From assembly GCA_963695345.1 (NCBI GenBank), contig OY968769.1:960001-1024000 (forward strand): a stretch of 64,000 nt of DNA, in the 5' to 3' direction. Within the stretch, counting starts at the first letter, position 1, and each line of letters starts with the position of its first letter. Position numbers and translations under genes: made by a program. Source of the stretch: an uncultured Methanomassiliicoccales archaeon (GTDB lineage Archaea > Thermoplasmatota > Thermoplasmata > Methanomassiliicoccales > UBA472). Below are positions 30,608-42,523 of this stretch, piece after piece. A model generated the notes under the pieces. It was not told the DNA's origin. It was given only the letters and a program-made list of their open reading frames with translations, and ran no database searches.

Positions 30608-33277
30608 ATGTCGCCACACTCCATACTGATTCTGTCGGTCGATGACGAACCGGACATCTGTGCCCTGACAAAGGAATTTTTGGAGATAAATCGAGTGATA
30701 AGGGTAGAGGTCGCTGATTCCGTTGAGGAAGCCCGGGCCATGATCGCCCAGAAGCATTACGATGCGATCGTTTCCGATTACCAGATGCCCGGTGAGGACG
30801 GCATACGGTTCCTCAAATCATTGCGTTCTTCGGGAGATATGATCCCATTCATCCTGTTCACCGGAAAGGGAAGAGAAGAGGTGGTCATCGAAGCGATAAA
30901 CAATGGCGCAGACGCATATCTTCAGAAAGGTGGGGAACCTCGTTCGCTGTTCGCGGAACTTGAGCACCGGATAAGGACGATTGTCCGAAGGCATCGTGCA
31001 GAAGCCGCGCTCCTGGACAGCGAGTCGGAGTTCCGTACCCTGTTCGAAGAGAATCCCGATTCCGTGTCCATAGTCGGCGTCGACGGTAAGGTCCTGAACT
31101 GCAACCAGGCAGCGGCGGACATGGTGCTTATGGCCAGGGAGGAGATAATCGGAGGAAGCGTAAGTGACATGGGTGTTTTCGACCAAAATACCCTTGACCT
31201 CTTCCAAATCTCTACCGCGTCCATGATGAAAGGGATTCCGACCTCGTCCATTGTCGCCCAGGTCCATCGCCGGGATGGAACGACGAGATGGGTGGAGATG
31301 CGTTCCTCGATCATCAAGAAAGGAAATCGGTTCGATGCCTTTCAGATAATCGCCAGGGATATCGACGAACTGAAGCGGACGGAGCAATCGCTGAGGCAGA
31401 ACAACGAAGAGCTCAACGAGGTCAACCAGCAATTGGCGGTGGCAGAGGAGGAACTGCGGAAGCAGTTGGACGAGATCACCGAGGGACAGGACGAACTGAG
31501 GAGGGAGAAGGCCCTCTCGGAAACGCTGGTGGAAAGCCTCCCAGGCATCTTCTATCTATACAACGGACAGACCATGAGGATGGTCAACTGGAACAAGAAC
31601 CACCAGGTGGTGAGCGGCTATACCAAGGAGGAGATGCTGGGCAGGCATGTCCTGGACTGGTTCCGGCCGGACAAGGCCGGGACAGCCTTGGTGGACATAG
31701 AGGCCTGTATGTCCAAGGGCAAATCCAGCTTCGAGGCTTCTCTGCTCATGAAGGATGGACGGGAGGTCCCTTTCCTCTTGACTTCGAGCAGATTGGACAC
31801 GAAGGAAGGCAGCTACTTCATGGGCGTAGGGATAGATGTCAGCGAACGGCGTGAACTTGACAGGCACATGCAGGAGCTGAACCACGAGCTGATGGAGAAA
31901 GAGAAACGCTTCACCAGGCTGATGGAGCAATCCTTTGACGCCGTGATAACCCACCGTGATGCCAAGATAGTCCAGGCCAATGATGCAGCCTGCCGGCTGA
32001 TCGGGGCCACATCCGTTGAGGACCTTCTGGGGCGCCCGATCTCTGTATTTGCCGGACCCGGCTCGGAGCAATTGATAGAGAAGAGGAAAGACATCCTTTA
32101 TGGCAGCCCGGGAACGGTCGCTCCTCTCCAAGAGGAGAAGTTCCGCCGCCTGGATGGAGGGATCATAGATGTGGAGGTGATGGCCACCAGCTACCTGGAG
32201 GACATGCAGCCGACCGCCCAAGTGGTATTCCGTGACATCACTGAGCGCAAGCGACTGGAGAAGGAGCTCAGGGACAGCGAGGAGTTCTATCGCCGATTGA
32301 TGTCCAACCTCTCCATCGGAGTGGTCGTCATCGATCCCGTGACCCGGACCATAGAAAGCGTGAACGAGACCGCCGCCGATCTGTTCGGTCGTTCTGAGAG
32401 GGAGATCGTGGGCGACCTGTGCTATGAACATCTGTGTCCTGACTGCGAATGCGTTTGCCCCGTCTACGATGGCGGAATGGAGGTGAAGAACCTGGAGAGG
32501 ACATTGATGAGCGCCAACGGCATCAGCCGTCCCATCCTGAAAACCGTCAAGAGGATCAACATACACGGGCAGGAACGGATGTTGGAATGTTTCATGGACA
32601 TCACCGAACGGGAGCAGGCCCAATCTGCGCTGCGTGAGACCAACAAGAAGCTCAACCTCCTTTCCAATATCACCCGGCATGACATCAATAACCAGCTGAT
32701 CGTCCTGACCGGATACTTGGGGCTGATGGAGAGGGTCCAGAACGCCGCGGCCTCCGATCAGTATCTGGGCAAGGCCCAGAAGGCCGCGGAACGGATTACC
32801 GCCATGATCCAGTTCACCAAGACCTACGAGGACATCGGCATACACGCGCCTACCTGGCAGAACATCCACGACCTGGTGGAGAAATGCGCCATCGATATCA
32901 ACCTTGGGGGGATCAGAATTGTGAACGATGTTCCCAGGAGGATGGAATTATTCGCCGATCCCCTGATCGGCAAGGTGTTCCTTAATCTGATCCAAAACGC
33001 CAAGATCCACGGAGGGGACATCAAGACCATCCGGTTCTCCGTGGAAGAACGAAATGGGGCGCGAGTCGTGATCTGCGAGGACGATGGTGTCGGCATCCTG
33101 CAAGACATGAAGGAGAAGCTGTTCACCAAGGGTTTCGGCAAGGGACACGGTTTCGGCCTCTTCCTATCTCGGGAGATCCTTTCGATCACGGGCATCAATA
33201 TGACAGAGGAGAGCGAGATAGGGAAGGGAGCTAAGTTCGTGATCTCCGTGCCCGCCGGCGGCATTAAGGCGGGTTGA
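30608..33277 (+). CDS. Hybrid sensor histidine kinase (REC, 4 PAS, HisKA, HATPase)
   Basis: VDDE..SDYQMP..FTG receiver; PAS/PAC repeats ending (R)DI(T)ER; RHDINNQL, NLIQNA, DDGVGI, GFGLF. Confidence 0.93.
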   Translation: MSPHSILILSVDDEPDICALTKEFLEINRVIRVEVADSVEEARAMIAQKHYDAIVSDYQMPGEDGIRFLKSLRSSGDMIPFILFTGKGREEVVIEAINNGADAYLQKGGEPRSLFAELEHRIRTIVRRHRAEAALLDSESEFRTLFEENPDSVSIVGVDGKVLNCNQAAADMVLMAREEIIGGSVSDMGVFDQNTLDLFQISTASMMKGIPTSSIVAQVHRRDGTTRWVEMRSSIIKKGNRFDAFQIIARDIDELKRTEQSLRQNNEELNEVNQQLAVAEEELRKQLDEITEGQDELRREKALSETLVESLPGIFYLYNGQTMRMVNWNKNHQVVSGYTKEEMLGRHVLDWFRPDKAGTALVDIEACMSKGKSSFEASLLMKDGREVPFLLTSSRLDTKEGSYFMGVGIDVSERRELDRHMQELNHELMEKEKRFTRLMEQSFDAVITHRDAKIVQANDAACRLIGATSVEDLLGRPISVFAGPGSEQLIEKRKDILYGSPGTVAPLQEEKFRRLDGGIIDVEVMATSYLEDMQPTAQVVFRDITERKRLEKELRDSEEFYRRLMSNLSIGVVVIDPVTRTIESVNETAADLFGRSEREIVGDLCYEHLCPDCECVCPVYDGGMEVKNLERTLMSANGISRPILKTVKRINIHGQERMLECFMDITEREQAQSALRETNKKLNLLSNITRHDINNQLIVLTGYLGLMERVQNAAASDQYLGKAQKAAERITAMIQFTKTYEDIGIHAPTWQNIHDLVEKCAIDINLGGIRIVNDVPRRMELFADPLIGKVFLNLIQNAKIHGGDIKTIRFSVEERNGARVVICEDDGVGILQDMKEKLFTKGFGKGHGFGLFLSREILSITGINMTEESEIGKGAKFVISVPAGGIKAG

Positions 33278-33366
33278 TCCTCGCCTATAAAGGGCATACA
33301 ACTGTCGTGTGTGGTTTCGCCGACCTACCATTCAGCATTGAGATATTACCCGAATCGGGATTCGGG

Positions 33367-33828
33367 TCATTCTTGCACCTTCTGCTTCAGGCCATTGGCG
33401 AATCCCTCGGCTAGTTTGAGGTCTTCAGCGTTGGGTCTTCCCTTGTTCAGTCCCCCGAAGTACTTCAGGAAACTGTTGGTGTTGAAACCTCCACAATTGA
33501 ATTCATCAACGATGATGTAACCTTTCGGCTCCAATATCGTCCTGAGCGAGGAGTGGATCTGGTCGATCCTTCTGTCGAAGCTGGTCGAGAATATGAATAC
33601 CTTCTTTCCGGCGGCCGTTGGTATCCTATCGGCAAGGGCCAGCAGGTCCACGTGATGTTTTCCATCATAGATCCCCGAGCCAAACCCCACCAGGTCATAG
33701 GATCGAAGGTCTTCCGGACCTACCTCTCTAGGAGCAATTATCTGAGCGTCAAGTACTTCGGCGAAGACCTCAGCGACCTTCCGAGTGTTGTTATGATGAT
33801 ATGAGAACAGGACCAGTATGGATCTCAT
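33367..33828 (-). CDS. Flavodoxin-family protein
   Basis: SYHHNNTRKVA, YDLVGFGSGIY, NKGRPNAEDL. Confidence 0.85.
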   Translation of the reverse strand: MRSILVLFSYHHNNTRKVAEVFAEVLDAQIIAPREVGPEDLRSYDLVGFGSGIYDGKHHVDLLALADRIPTAAGKKVFIFSTSFDRRIDQIHSSLRTILEPKGYIIVDEFNCGGFNTNSFLKYFGGLNKGRPNAEDLKLAEGFANGLKQKVQE

Positions 33829-34039
33829 GAGTGAAGATATTCCATTACGGTTATTGAATAGATGGTCGGGAGGTGCTGAGGTGCCTGCAAGCGAAAAAAA
33901 TGGATTGCGATCCCTTTCCTTCTTTCTCATCTGAATCCCAGCCGTTACGGGCGGGAACGACACCAGGGGCAGATTATTTCTAATCAGGAAGATGCATAAC
34001 ATTATTTGTGGAAGGACCCGACCCGATGGAGGAGAAAGT

Positions 34040-34999
34040 ATGAAAGGGGTTGTATGGACCAGATATGGACCTCCGGATGTCCTTCAATTGCAGGATCTGG
34101 AGACGCCGACCCCGAAGGACAACGAGGTCCTGGTCAAGGTCCGTGCGGCATCCATCAATTCATGGGACTGGGAGCTCCTCAAAGGTGTTGCCCAAGTCAA
34201 TCTGGGAGGCCGGCTGAAACCCCCGCACAAGATACTCGGATGCGACGTGGCGGGAACGGTCGAGGAAGTGGGCAGGAAGGTCACCCGCTTCAGCCCAGGT
34301 GATGAAGTGTTCGGGGACATCAATCAGGACGGCTGGGGCGGTTTCGCGGAATTCGTCTGCGCCAGACAGACCTCGCTAGCGAAGAAGACGGCTGGCCTAT
34401 CGTTCGAGCAGGCGGCTGCGATACCGCAGGCGGCTGGGCTCGCCCTCCAGGCCCTCCGGGACAAAGGGAAGATCCGGTCCGGACAGCGGGTCCTGATAAA
34501 CGGCGCGGGGGGCGGGGTGGGCACGTTCGCGGTCCAGATCGCGAGATCGTTCGGAGCTGTAGTTACGGGCGTGGACAGGGCGGAGAAACTGGACATGCTC
34601 CTTTCGATAGGCGTGGACCACGTGATCGATTACAAAAAGGAAGATTTCACCAGGAATGGCCAGGAATACGATCTGATCGTCGATGTCGTTTCCCATCGCT
34701 CGGTCTTCGAATACAAGCGTGCCCTTGCCCGCACAGGCATCTGCGTTCTTGTCGGAGGATCTGGAAGAGCCATCTTCGGGTCCATTTTCCTAGGCTCATG
34801 GATCCTCGGGGGAAGGAAGGTCGCTCTGCTTTTGTACAGACCGGATGTCCAGGATCTTGCACTGCTCGGTGAAATGACCGCAGCCGGAAAGATGGCACCG
34901 GTCATCGACAGGCGATACGCGCTCAACGAGGTCGCCGATGCGTTCCGATATTTCGAGAAAGGTAACGTAAAAGGTAAGATTGTCGTGAACGTTCAGTGA
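34040..34999 (+). CDS. NAD(P)-dependent MDR oxidoreductase (quinone-reductase-like, zinc-free)
   Basis: YGPPDVL, ASIN..DW, GCDVAG, VLINGAGGGVG, GKIVV; GGAGG RBS. Confidence 0.9.
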   Translation: MKGVVWTRYGPPDVLQLQDLETPTPKDNEVLVKVRAASINSWDWELLKGVAQVNLGGRLKPPHKILGCDVAGTVEEVGRKVTRFSPGDEVFGDINQDGWGGFAEFVCARQTSLAKKTAGLSFEQAAAIPQAAGLALQALRDKGKIRSGQRVLINGAGGGVGTFAVQIARSFGAVVTGVDRAEKLDMLLSIGVDHVIDYKKEDFTRNGQEYDLIVDVVSHRSVFEYKRALARTGICVLVGGSGRAIFGSIFLGSWILGGRKVALLLYRPDVQDLALLGEMTAAGKMAPVIDRRYALNEVADAFRYFEKGNVKGKIVVNVQ

Positions 35000-35028
35000 C
35001 CCGGGATCCATCTTCGGTCTGAGTTGCA

Positions 35029-35703
35029 TTACTTGTTCAGTTCCGGGGAGCCGGCCAATATCTCTGTGAGGATCCTTCTTTCCGCCTTTCTCAAGTGCTC
35101 CAGAAGAGTTGGCTTGCTGATGTTCACCTTCTCTGCCAACCGTTCACTGCTTATTCCAGTGGGTATGTCGTAGTACCCGTATTTGTAAGCGGCGGCCAAT
35201 ATCTCCCTTTGCTTGTCGGTCAGAATGGAAAGGATGTGCTTCTTTTCATAGGTCGATTGTTTGAATGAAATGTTGACGACCTTACCGACACGGGCTTTCA
35301 CCATTTCGACGAATCTCTTCATGTCCTTCTGATTGCTGATGAAGCTGACGATGACCTTACCCTCGGATATCAGGCTGGGGGCGGTGTAGATGAGGTTCAG
35401 CTCTGACCCGCCGAAGGCATCGCTGGCAGCCTCCGTTTGGTGTCCCAATACCAAACAGATGTGCTTGTTGCCTTCGGACCGGATCACGCTGAGGATGTCC
35501 ATGTCGCCTATCGTGGTCAGCTCGTCGATCGATACGTTATCCTTCAGATGACATTCGATGAGATCCACATAGATGCTCTTCTCACGGTCCATCTTCAAGA
35601 CCTCCAGGACCTCATAGGATCTGATGTGGGTGAACAGCGACCTCTGGGCTTCCTTCGTGGCCTCGTACGGCTCTATCTCGACGATCACCTTCCGCATCGG
35701 CAT
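35029..35703 (-). CDS. Bat-like HTH_10 transcriptional regulator
   Basis: LTDKQREIL..AY..GYYD.P...LAE...ISKPTL.EHLRKAE. Confidence 0.88.
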   Translation of the reverse strand: MPMRKVIVEIEPYEATKEAQRSLFTHIRSYEVLEVLKMDREKSIYVDLIECHLKDNVSIDELTTIGDMDILSVIRSEGNKHICLVLGHQTEAASDAFGGSELNLIYTAPSLISEGKVIVSFISNQKDMKRFVEMVKARVGKVVNISFKQSTYEKKHILSILTDKQREILAAAYKYGYYDIPTGISSERLAEKVNISKPTLLEHLRKAERRILTEILAGSPELNK

Positions 35704-35811
35704 GCTAGCGTTATGCTTGTACTTTGTATATAAAGTGCCATATATGCCTGGCTCAAATTCTTAGTATTTTTCAATCGTTCTGTCTCCTTAGGAATAGTCC
35801 TAAGTGAGAAA

Positions 35812-36549
35812 ATGACAGAAAGATACTATAGAAAAACAGCAGCGATCGTGGGAGCGTTGTTCATCATAGCAACCGCAACTTCAGTGGCCACCGTTCCTTT
35901 TTTGGGCTCAGCCCTTGACGGTCATGATTTTATCCTGAAAATATCCGATAATGAGAACGGAATCAATATGGCATCGATGCTCATGATCATCCTGGCCACC
36001 TCGTTGGTCGGTATCGGGGCTTTGATGTTCCCGGTCCTTAGGGAACAATCCGAGGGTCTCGGAATGGCATATGTCGGGATCAGACTGGTGGAAGGGATCT
36101 TCATAGTTCTAAGCTCGGTATGCCTTCTTGGGATGCTTTCGATGGGTCAGGATTATGCGGCTGGACGTCTGGACCAGGCCAGCTCCCAATCGGTGGGGGC
36201 CTTACTGAGCTCGATACGTGATTGGTCACTTATGTTCGGTACGTTGTTCTTCCTGAGCCTGGGCGGCCTGGTGCTGAACTACGTACTATATCGATCGAGA
36301 CTGGTGCCGCGATGGCTTTCGGCATGGGGCCTCGTCGGGGGCGTTGGCATCCTGATATACGGCACAATGGGTCTCTTCGGCACTGATACGAACTCGTTTG
36401 ACACCGCTTCCCTGTTGGCCGCTCCGATCGCGGTACAGGAGATGGTGTTCGCCTCGTGGCTGATAATAAAGGGATTCAACACCCCGATCAGGGCCAAGGA
36501 GAAGGCCGAGATGGGAAGCGAGCCGGTCAACTCCCTATCAAAAGCCTGA
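35812..36549 (+). CDS. DUF4386-family membrane protein
   Basis: RKTA.IVGALFI, IRLVEG, YRSRLVPRWLSAWGL, QEMVFA.WLIIKGFN. Confidence 0.85.
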   Translation: MTERYYRKTAAIVGALFIIATATSVATVPFLGSALDGHDFILKISDNENGINMASMLMIILATSLVGIGALMFPVLREQSEGLGMAYVGIRLVEGIFIVLSSVCLLGMLSMGQDYAAGRLDQASSQSVGALLSSIRDWSLMFGTLFFLSLGGLVLNYVLYRSRLVPRWLSAWGLVGGVGILIYGTMGLFGTDTNSFDTASLLAAPIAVQEMVFASWLIIKGFNTPIRAKEKAEMGSEPVNSLSKA

Positions 36550-36847
36550 AGCGACCCCCTATGATAAGTACCTAAAAGACAAACCCTTTCAGTATTTCCT
36601 CAACGATCGATCAGTTTCTTCTCAGCTCTGGAATCGCCGCAAGGCCCGACCGTATACACCATCTCGAATCGGACACCCTGACCCGACTGTCACTTTGCCA
36701 TGGTGATGCCAGCATTGGGCATTATACTACAACCAAAGCGGACCAAGGCCATTGTTTTACCGAAGCCCATCCAATGAGCGTTCTTACCATGCCACCTCCC
36801 GGTACACCGTCTAAGGATCCTAATAAAAAGACGAAATGCACAAATGG

Positions 36848-38458
<1,611 letters not shown>

Positions 38459-38513
38459 CTAGACCCATATCACAAGTTATCTCCTGCCGTCCCCTGAAGT
38501 TCTGACCCTCGCC

Positions 38514-38783
38514 TCAATAGACCCTTTTCAGCATCCTCTGGTATTCCGCCTCCGCCATCTTATCGAACCATTCCGATTGCCGGAAGAGGACAAGCCCGTG
38601 CGAGATCACTCCCAGCCCCCAGAAGAACACAACGAACAGGAACCATGGGAATCCACCTCCGCCATTCCACCAAAGCGCGAACAGCAGGACGTTGACGATC
38701 GTGTACAAAGTCAGGTCGGAGTAGAAATTGATCTTGGCCTCCGCCCTCTTTCTGGCTCGTATCAATAGCTCCTCGTCTTCCAT
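38514..38783 (-). CDS. 2TM-domain protein
   Basis: RARKR.....FY..L..Y.IVN...PWF.....WG.G...H. Confidence 0.85.
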   Translation of the reverse strand: MEDEELLIRARKRAEAKINFYSDLTLYTIVNVLLFALWWNGGGGFPWFLFVVFFWGLGVISHGLVLFRQSEWFDKMAEAEYQRMLKRVY

Positions 38784-38786
38784 GCC

Positions 38787-38963
38787 TTACCCCTCCTCTT
38801 GCCGTGCCTTCTTCTTGGTCAGGACGTTCATCAATGCACAAACGCCCCTGTTGAATGGACATACCCCCACGTACCGGTGGCTCCCATCAGGGTTACGGGT
38901 CCATCTCCGTCGTCCTGCAGTCTCCCTTCCCTTCCCCTCTTGCCTTCTTTTGTTCTCTTTCAT
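38787..38963 (-). CDS. Small basic hypothetical protein
   Basis: GAGGTG RBS before MKENKRR; ends 3 nt before the 2TM gene. Confidence 0.4.
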   Translation of the reverse strand: MKENKRRQEGKGRETAGRRRWTRNPDGSHRYVGVCPFNRGVCALMNVLTKKKARQEEG

Positions 38964-39165
38964 CTCGTACACCTCTAGGCAACGCATCATCGCGCCGCAA
39001 GGAAACAATCCGTGCCAGGGGATTTATGGAGGTGCTCCAAAGGCGGGAGTAAAACAACCGAAAATGACGTGAAAAATTACTCTTTATTGTTCATGAGGTG
39101 AACTAAAAAGGTAAACCGTGACCGATCGTCCGGATACTGGTATGTTCACCGGAGCAGTTGGCCGG

Positions 39166-40092
39166 TCATTTCCCGGACACCCTCTCTTTTAGCAGCCGGT
39201 CCCTCCAGGTTTCAAGGGACCAATGATCTTGGACGATGCCCGACCTGACGTCCCTGACCACATCATCTGCCTTGAGCGCCCCGATGATCTCGTTATGCTG
39301 ACCGACCGTGGGAGCCCAGCAATAGCCACAAACGTAGTCCAGCTCGTTGCTGTGAACAAAAGTGAATATAAATCTTGCCCCGAAACGCTTATTGAGAGTG
39401 TTGATGAACTCGTTCCGGTCGACCCCTGGCTTGAGGTCGATCCTGATGATGAAGCTCGCTCCCGCCGTTCGTGCCGGGTCCCATTCAAAACCGTATTCGA
39501 TGGACCCCTCCTTCTCCATCGCTTCCAAACGGTATCTGGCTGTCTTGGGGGTGATGTCGATCTCGTCTGCCACGTCGATAATCGGTTTACGTGAATTCTG
39601 ATGCAGGGAATTGATGATGCGATAGTCTATCCTGCTCAATTCCCGGTCGCCGGTGAATTCTTTCTCCAGGAGCCTCGTACCAACGTATATTCTCATGGAT
39701 AAGGTCACTTTGGGCCGTGGCATCTTGAGCGCGTCCCTGATCTTTTCTACCGTTGGCCCGAGGTCGTCGATCCTTTTTAAGATGAGCGTCAGGGAGGTAA
39801 GATTGGCCGCCGAGATGAGGACTGAACTTATTGAGCCGATAGTTCTCAATCGGTCGAGGGTGCCTTCCACCGATTGGCATTCGCAGACGCCGTCAACCTG
39901 GGCATTGACCGCCCCCAAATAACTGCGTGAGATGTTGGCGGTGAACCCGTTGATAACCTTCTGATCCACCAGGGATTGCATCCTCCGGTGCACACCGGCC
40001 ACACCGATCCCCAGCTCGGCCGCTATGTCACGCTGAGGGATCCTGGAGTTTGCGGACAAGAGCTGGCAAATGCTGAGGTCTATCTCGTCCAT
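39166..40092 (-). CDS. Lrp/AsnC-family regulator with duplicated HTH-effector units
   Basis: MDEIDL.I.Q.L..NSR...IA.ELG and a second LSRIDYRII.SL..NSR....VA.EI. Confidence 0.85.
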   Translation of the reverse strand: MDEIDLSICQLLSANSRIPQRDIAAELGIGVAGVHRRMQSLVDQKVINGFTANISRSYLGAVNAQVDGVCECQSVEGTLDRLRTIGSISSVLISAANLTSLTLILKRIDDLGPTVEKIRDALKMPRPKVTLSMRIYVGTRLLEKEFTGDRELSRIDYRIINSLHQNSRKPIIDVADEIDITPKTARYRLEAMEKEGSIEYGFEWDPARTAGASFIIRIDLKPGVDRNEFINTLNKRFGARFIFTFVHSNELDYVCGYCWAPTVGQHNEIIGALKADDVVRDVRSGIVQDHWSLETWRDRLLKERVSGK

Positions 40093-40234
40093 TCAGGTGA
40101 TACTAGTATCATAGTGGTTAATATCAATTTGTAAGGGCGAGATCGTCGGATTGGAATCGGCTTGACGCAATCAACGAACTCACGGATTCCATACTTTTAT
40201 CCAGAAAAACACTAATGTAAACAAAGGAGGGATC

Positions 40235-40711
40235 GTGACCGATAAATCGCCCCTGAACATCATTGGATTGGGTATCGTCGGCGGAATCGCAGGCACCATC
40301 CTAATGGATATTGTCATGGTCCTGACTTTCATTTTGGCCGGTCAACCGGCAGACACGTTCTTCTCCATGGTCGGTGAAAAGGTTGGCTATGGGGCAGCGG
40401 TCGGAGTTTTGGTCCACAACCTGGTCGGCCTCACTGGAGGATTTGTCTTTTCCTTATTGGTCATAAATATCAAGGCACTTGGCATCGATAGCGTACGCAA
40501 AGGACTGATGCTTGGCATTGCCACTGGGGCTTTGACCATACCCCTGGGCTGCATTCCACTCGCGATATGGCTTGGTCAGCCGATACCCGTAGTGATCGCC
40601 TTTTCGTTGCTCCCCCACCTCGTGTGGGGAACAGCACTCGGATGGACCGTCGCCTATGGGCATCTTTCCTACCGAAGTCGATCTGGTACCGGAACCAGGC
40701 CCGATCAGTAG
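40235..40711 (+). CDS. Hypothetical 4-TM membrane protein
   Basis: GGAGG RBS; hydrophobic; GG.AGT..M, VH, PHLVWG motifs. Confidence 0.75.
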   Translation: MTDKSPLNIIGLGIVGGIAGTILMDIVMVLTFILAGQPADTFFSMVGEKVGYGAAVGVLVHNLVGLTGGFVFSLLVINIKALGIDSVRKGLMLGIATGALTIPLGCIPLAIWLGQPIPVVIAFSLLPHLVWGTALGWTVAYGHLSYRSRSGTGTRPDQ

Positions 40712-40809
40712 AGAAAAAGTCTCATTTCCCCTGATTCCCTCACATTCGATGAGCCTTGCTTAAAACGAAAAATGGGTCAAATAGAAATCGAACAAAATAA
40801 GAAGGAAGA

Positions 40810-40887
40810 TGGCGGGCCCGATGGGATTCGAACCCATGGCCTATCGGTTAAGAGCCGATCGCTCAAACCTAGCTGAGCTACGGGCCC
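40810..40887 (-). tRNA. tRNA-Lys (CTT), encoded CCA, no intron
   Basis: Acceptor GGGCCCG/CGGGCCC; anticodon arm ATCGG-CTCTTAA-CCGAT; GGTTCGAATCC T-arm; TTTATGTA TATA box upstream. Confidence 0.97.
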
Positions 40888-40965
40888 CGCGAATTCGTGG
40901 TATTGGTTGAAAATACATAAACATATCGCCCGCGATGATCAATAGTCGTCATCGTCCATGACAAG

Positions 40966-41655
40966 TTATTGCATGCCATTGATGCTTGGCATGATCTCGA
41001 CGGCCTTGCCGGTTTTCACCAGTTCGCAACCGATGGACGCCGGAAGGCTGACCACGTCCTCCTTCGCGAACACATAGACCCGGGCCCCCGACGGCCATGA
41101 CGGAATATCCTGCAGGATCCGGACGAAGACGTTCAGATAGGATGACGGCCCGCTCTGGGCGGACACGCCCGGAGTATTCCCTCGGGCAGCGGACTCCGCC
41201 TCCATTGTCGCAACCAGTCCGCAAACGGATTCGTCGGGGGTGGTCCGCATCGGGACATAGCCTTGACCTTCCATCGCAGCCGTTTTGACCGCCTTCAGCC
41301 TGTCCGTTATGTCTCCATAGAAATGCTTCTCCTCATCGGTCAATCTGGAGACGTCGCCCTTCCCCCCGCTGAGCTCTCGCAGGGCCATGAGCATGACCTT
41401 CCTCTGTCTGGAGATGAATATCTGGTTGCCTTTCTGGGTGACCTTCTTCACCTCATTCTGCATCGATGAGGCCTTCATGGAGTATGGGTCGCGTCTTATC
41501 TCTTCCTCACTTTCCCTTTTCATCCTCTCGAGGTATTCGCGGAGAGAAGGATAGAAATCCTTCCTGATCTCGCTGAGCTGTGTCGAATCCTGCTCCGTCC
41601 GAGCAATCTTGGTGATGTCATTGTAACTTAGGGGAGGAAGCTGACCGTTGCTCAT
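40966..41655 (-). CDS. DNA replication factor GINS subunit (Gins51-like)
   Basis: E.....LSEI..DFY, R..K.....A, LT.EE..FY helical A domain; C-terminal VRILQDIP...Y...KEDVVSLP...LV..G.A B domain. Confidence 0.8.
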   Translation of the reverse strand: MSNGQLPPLSYNDITKIARTEQDSTQLSEIRKDFYPSLREYLERMKRESEEEIRRDPYSMKASSMQNEVKKVTQKGNQIFISRQRKVMLMALRELSGGKGDVSRLTDEEKHFYGDITDRLKAVKTAAMEGQGYVPMRTTPDESVCGLVATMEAESAARGNTPGVSAQSGPSSYLNVFVRILQDIPSWPSGARVYVFAKEDVVSLPASIGCELVKTGKAVEIMPSINGMQ

Positions 41656-41745
41656 CGTCGGATAGATTTGGTTGATTGTATTTGAGGGTTCTCCAGTCGG
41701 TTTTTCCATACTGTTCTTGATATCGGGAAGGCAACCTTTTTTTAA

Positions 41746-42060
41746 GTGGCAGGAGCTTGCTCGCCCGTGGACTTCTCCAAGGCGGTCCGGGAGACCAAGG
41801 AGGGCACCGAGATCGATGTCATGGTTTCCCCGCATTCGAACTCGTCCGGCATCCAGGGTATCGATGAGTGGAGAGACCGCATAATTGTCAAGATAAGGGC
41901 GCCTCCGGAAGCGGGAAAGGCGAACAAGGAGCTCATCGAAATGTTCTCAGGACTGCTGGGGAATGCAGAACTGGGCCGGGGCTCCACGAACCGCATGAAG
42001 ACCGTCGTGGTGAACAAGCCGCGCGACGAGGTCCTGAGGATATTGGAGGGAAAGGCATGA
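41746..42060 (+). CDS. DUF167 (UPF0235) protein
   Basis: V.P.S...I.G...WR.RI...IRAPP..GKAN.EL, G.T.R.K. Confidence 0.88.
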   Translation: MAGACSPVDFSKAVRETKEGTEIDVMVSPHSNSSGIQGIDEWRDRIIVKIRAPPEAGKANKELIEMFSGLLGNAELGRGSTNRMKTVVVNKPRDEVLRILEGKA

Positions 42061-42479
42061 TGCGCCGGCCGAAGGAGGCGCTGGAGCAACTGACCGCCAT
42101 CCTGGACGACCTGGAATCCCGGCCGGAGGACGTGGTCCTGCTGGTGGAAGGAAAACGGGACCGAGGGGCCATGAACCTCCTGGGGGTCCACGGGGAGATC
42201 GTCCAGGTACAGACCAGCAATGGCATCTTGGGCATCGCCGAGGACCTGGCATTGAGGCACAGGAAGGCGATCATCCTGACCGACTGGGACCGGAAGGGGG
42301 GACAGCTCTGCCTATTGCTGAAGAACGCGCTCAAGGCCAACGGGGTCGAGCACGATGCGATCACCCGTTCCCGTCTGGTCCACATCGTGGGAGGGGAGAT
42401 CAAGGACATCGAGTCGCTTCCCTCGTTCTTCTCACGTCTGGTGGCCCAGGTCAACGGGCCGGCCTCCTGCGAACCCTGA
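42057..42479 (+). CDS. Toprim-domain protein (RNase M5-like)
   Basis: VEGKRD, IILTDWDRKG, IKDIESL; ATGA overlap with the upstream gene. Confidence 0.88.
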   Translation: MMRRPKEALEQLTAILDDLESRPEDVVLLVEGKRDRGAMNLLGVHGEIVQVQTSNGILGIAEDLALRHRKAIILTDWDRKGGQLCLLLKNALKANGVEHDAITRSRLVHIVGGEIKDIESLPSFFSRLVAQVNGPASCEP

Positions 42480-42523
42480 GCAATTATCTATTTATCAGCC
42501 CCACTGCGTAGTCCTTGCCCGGC

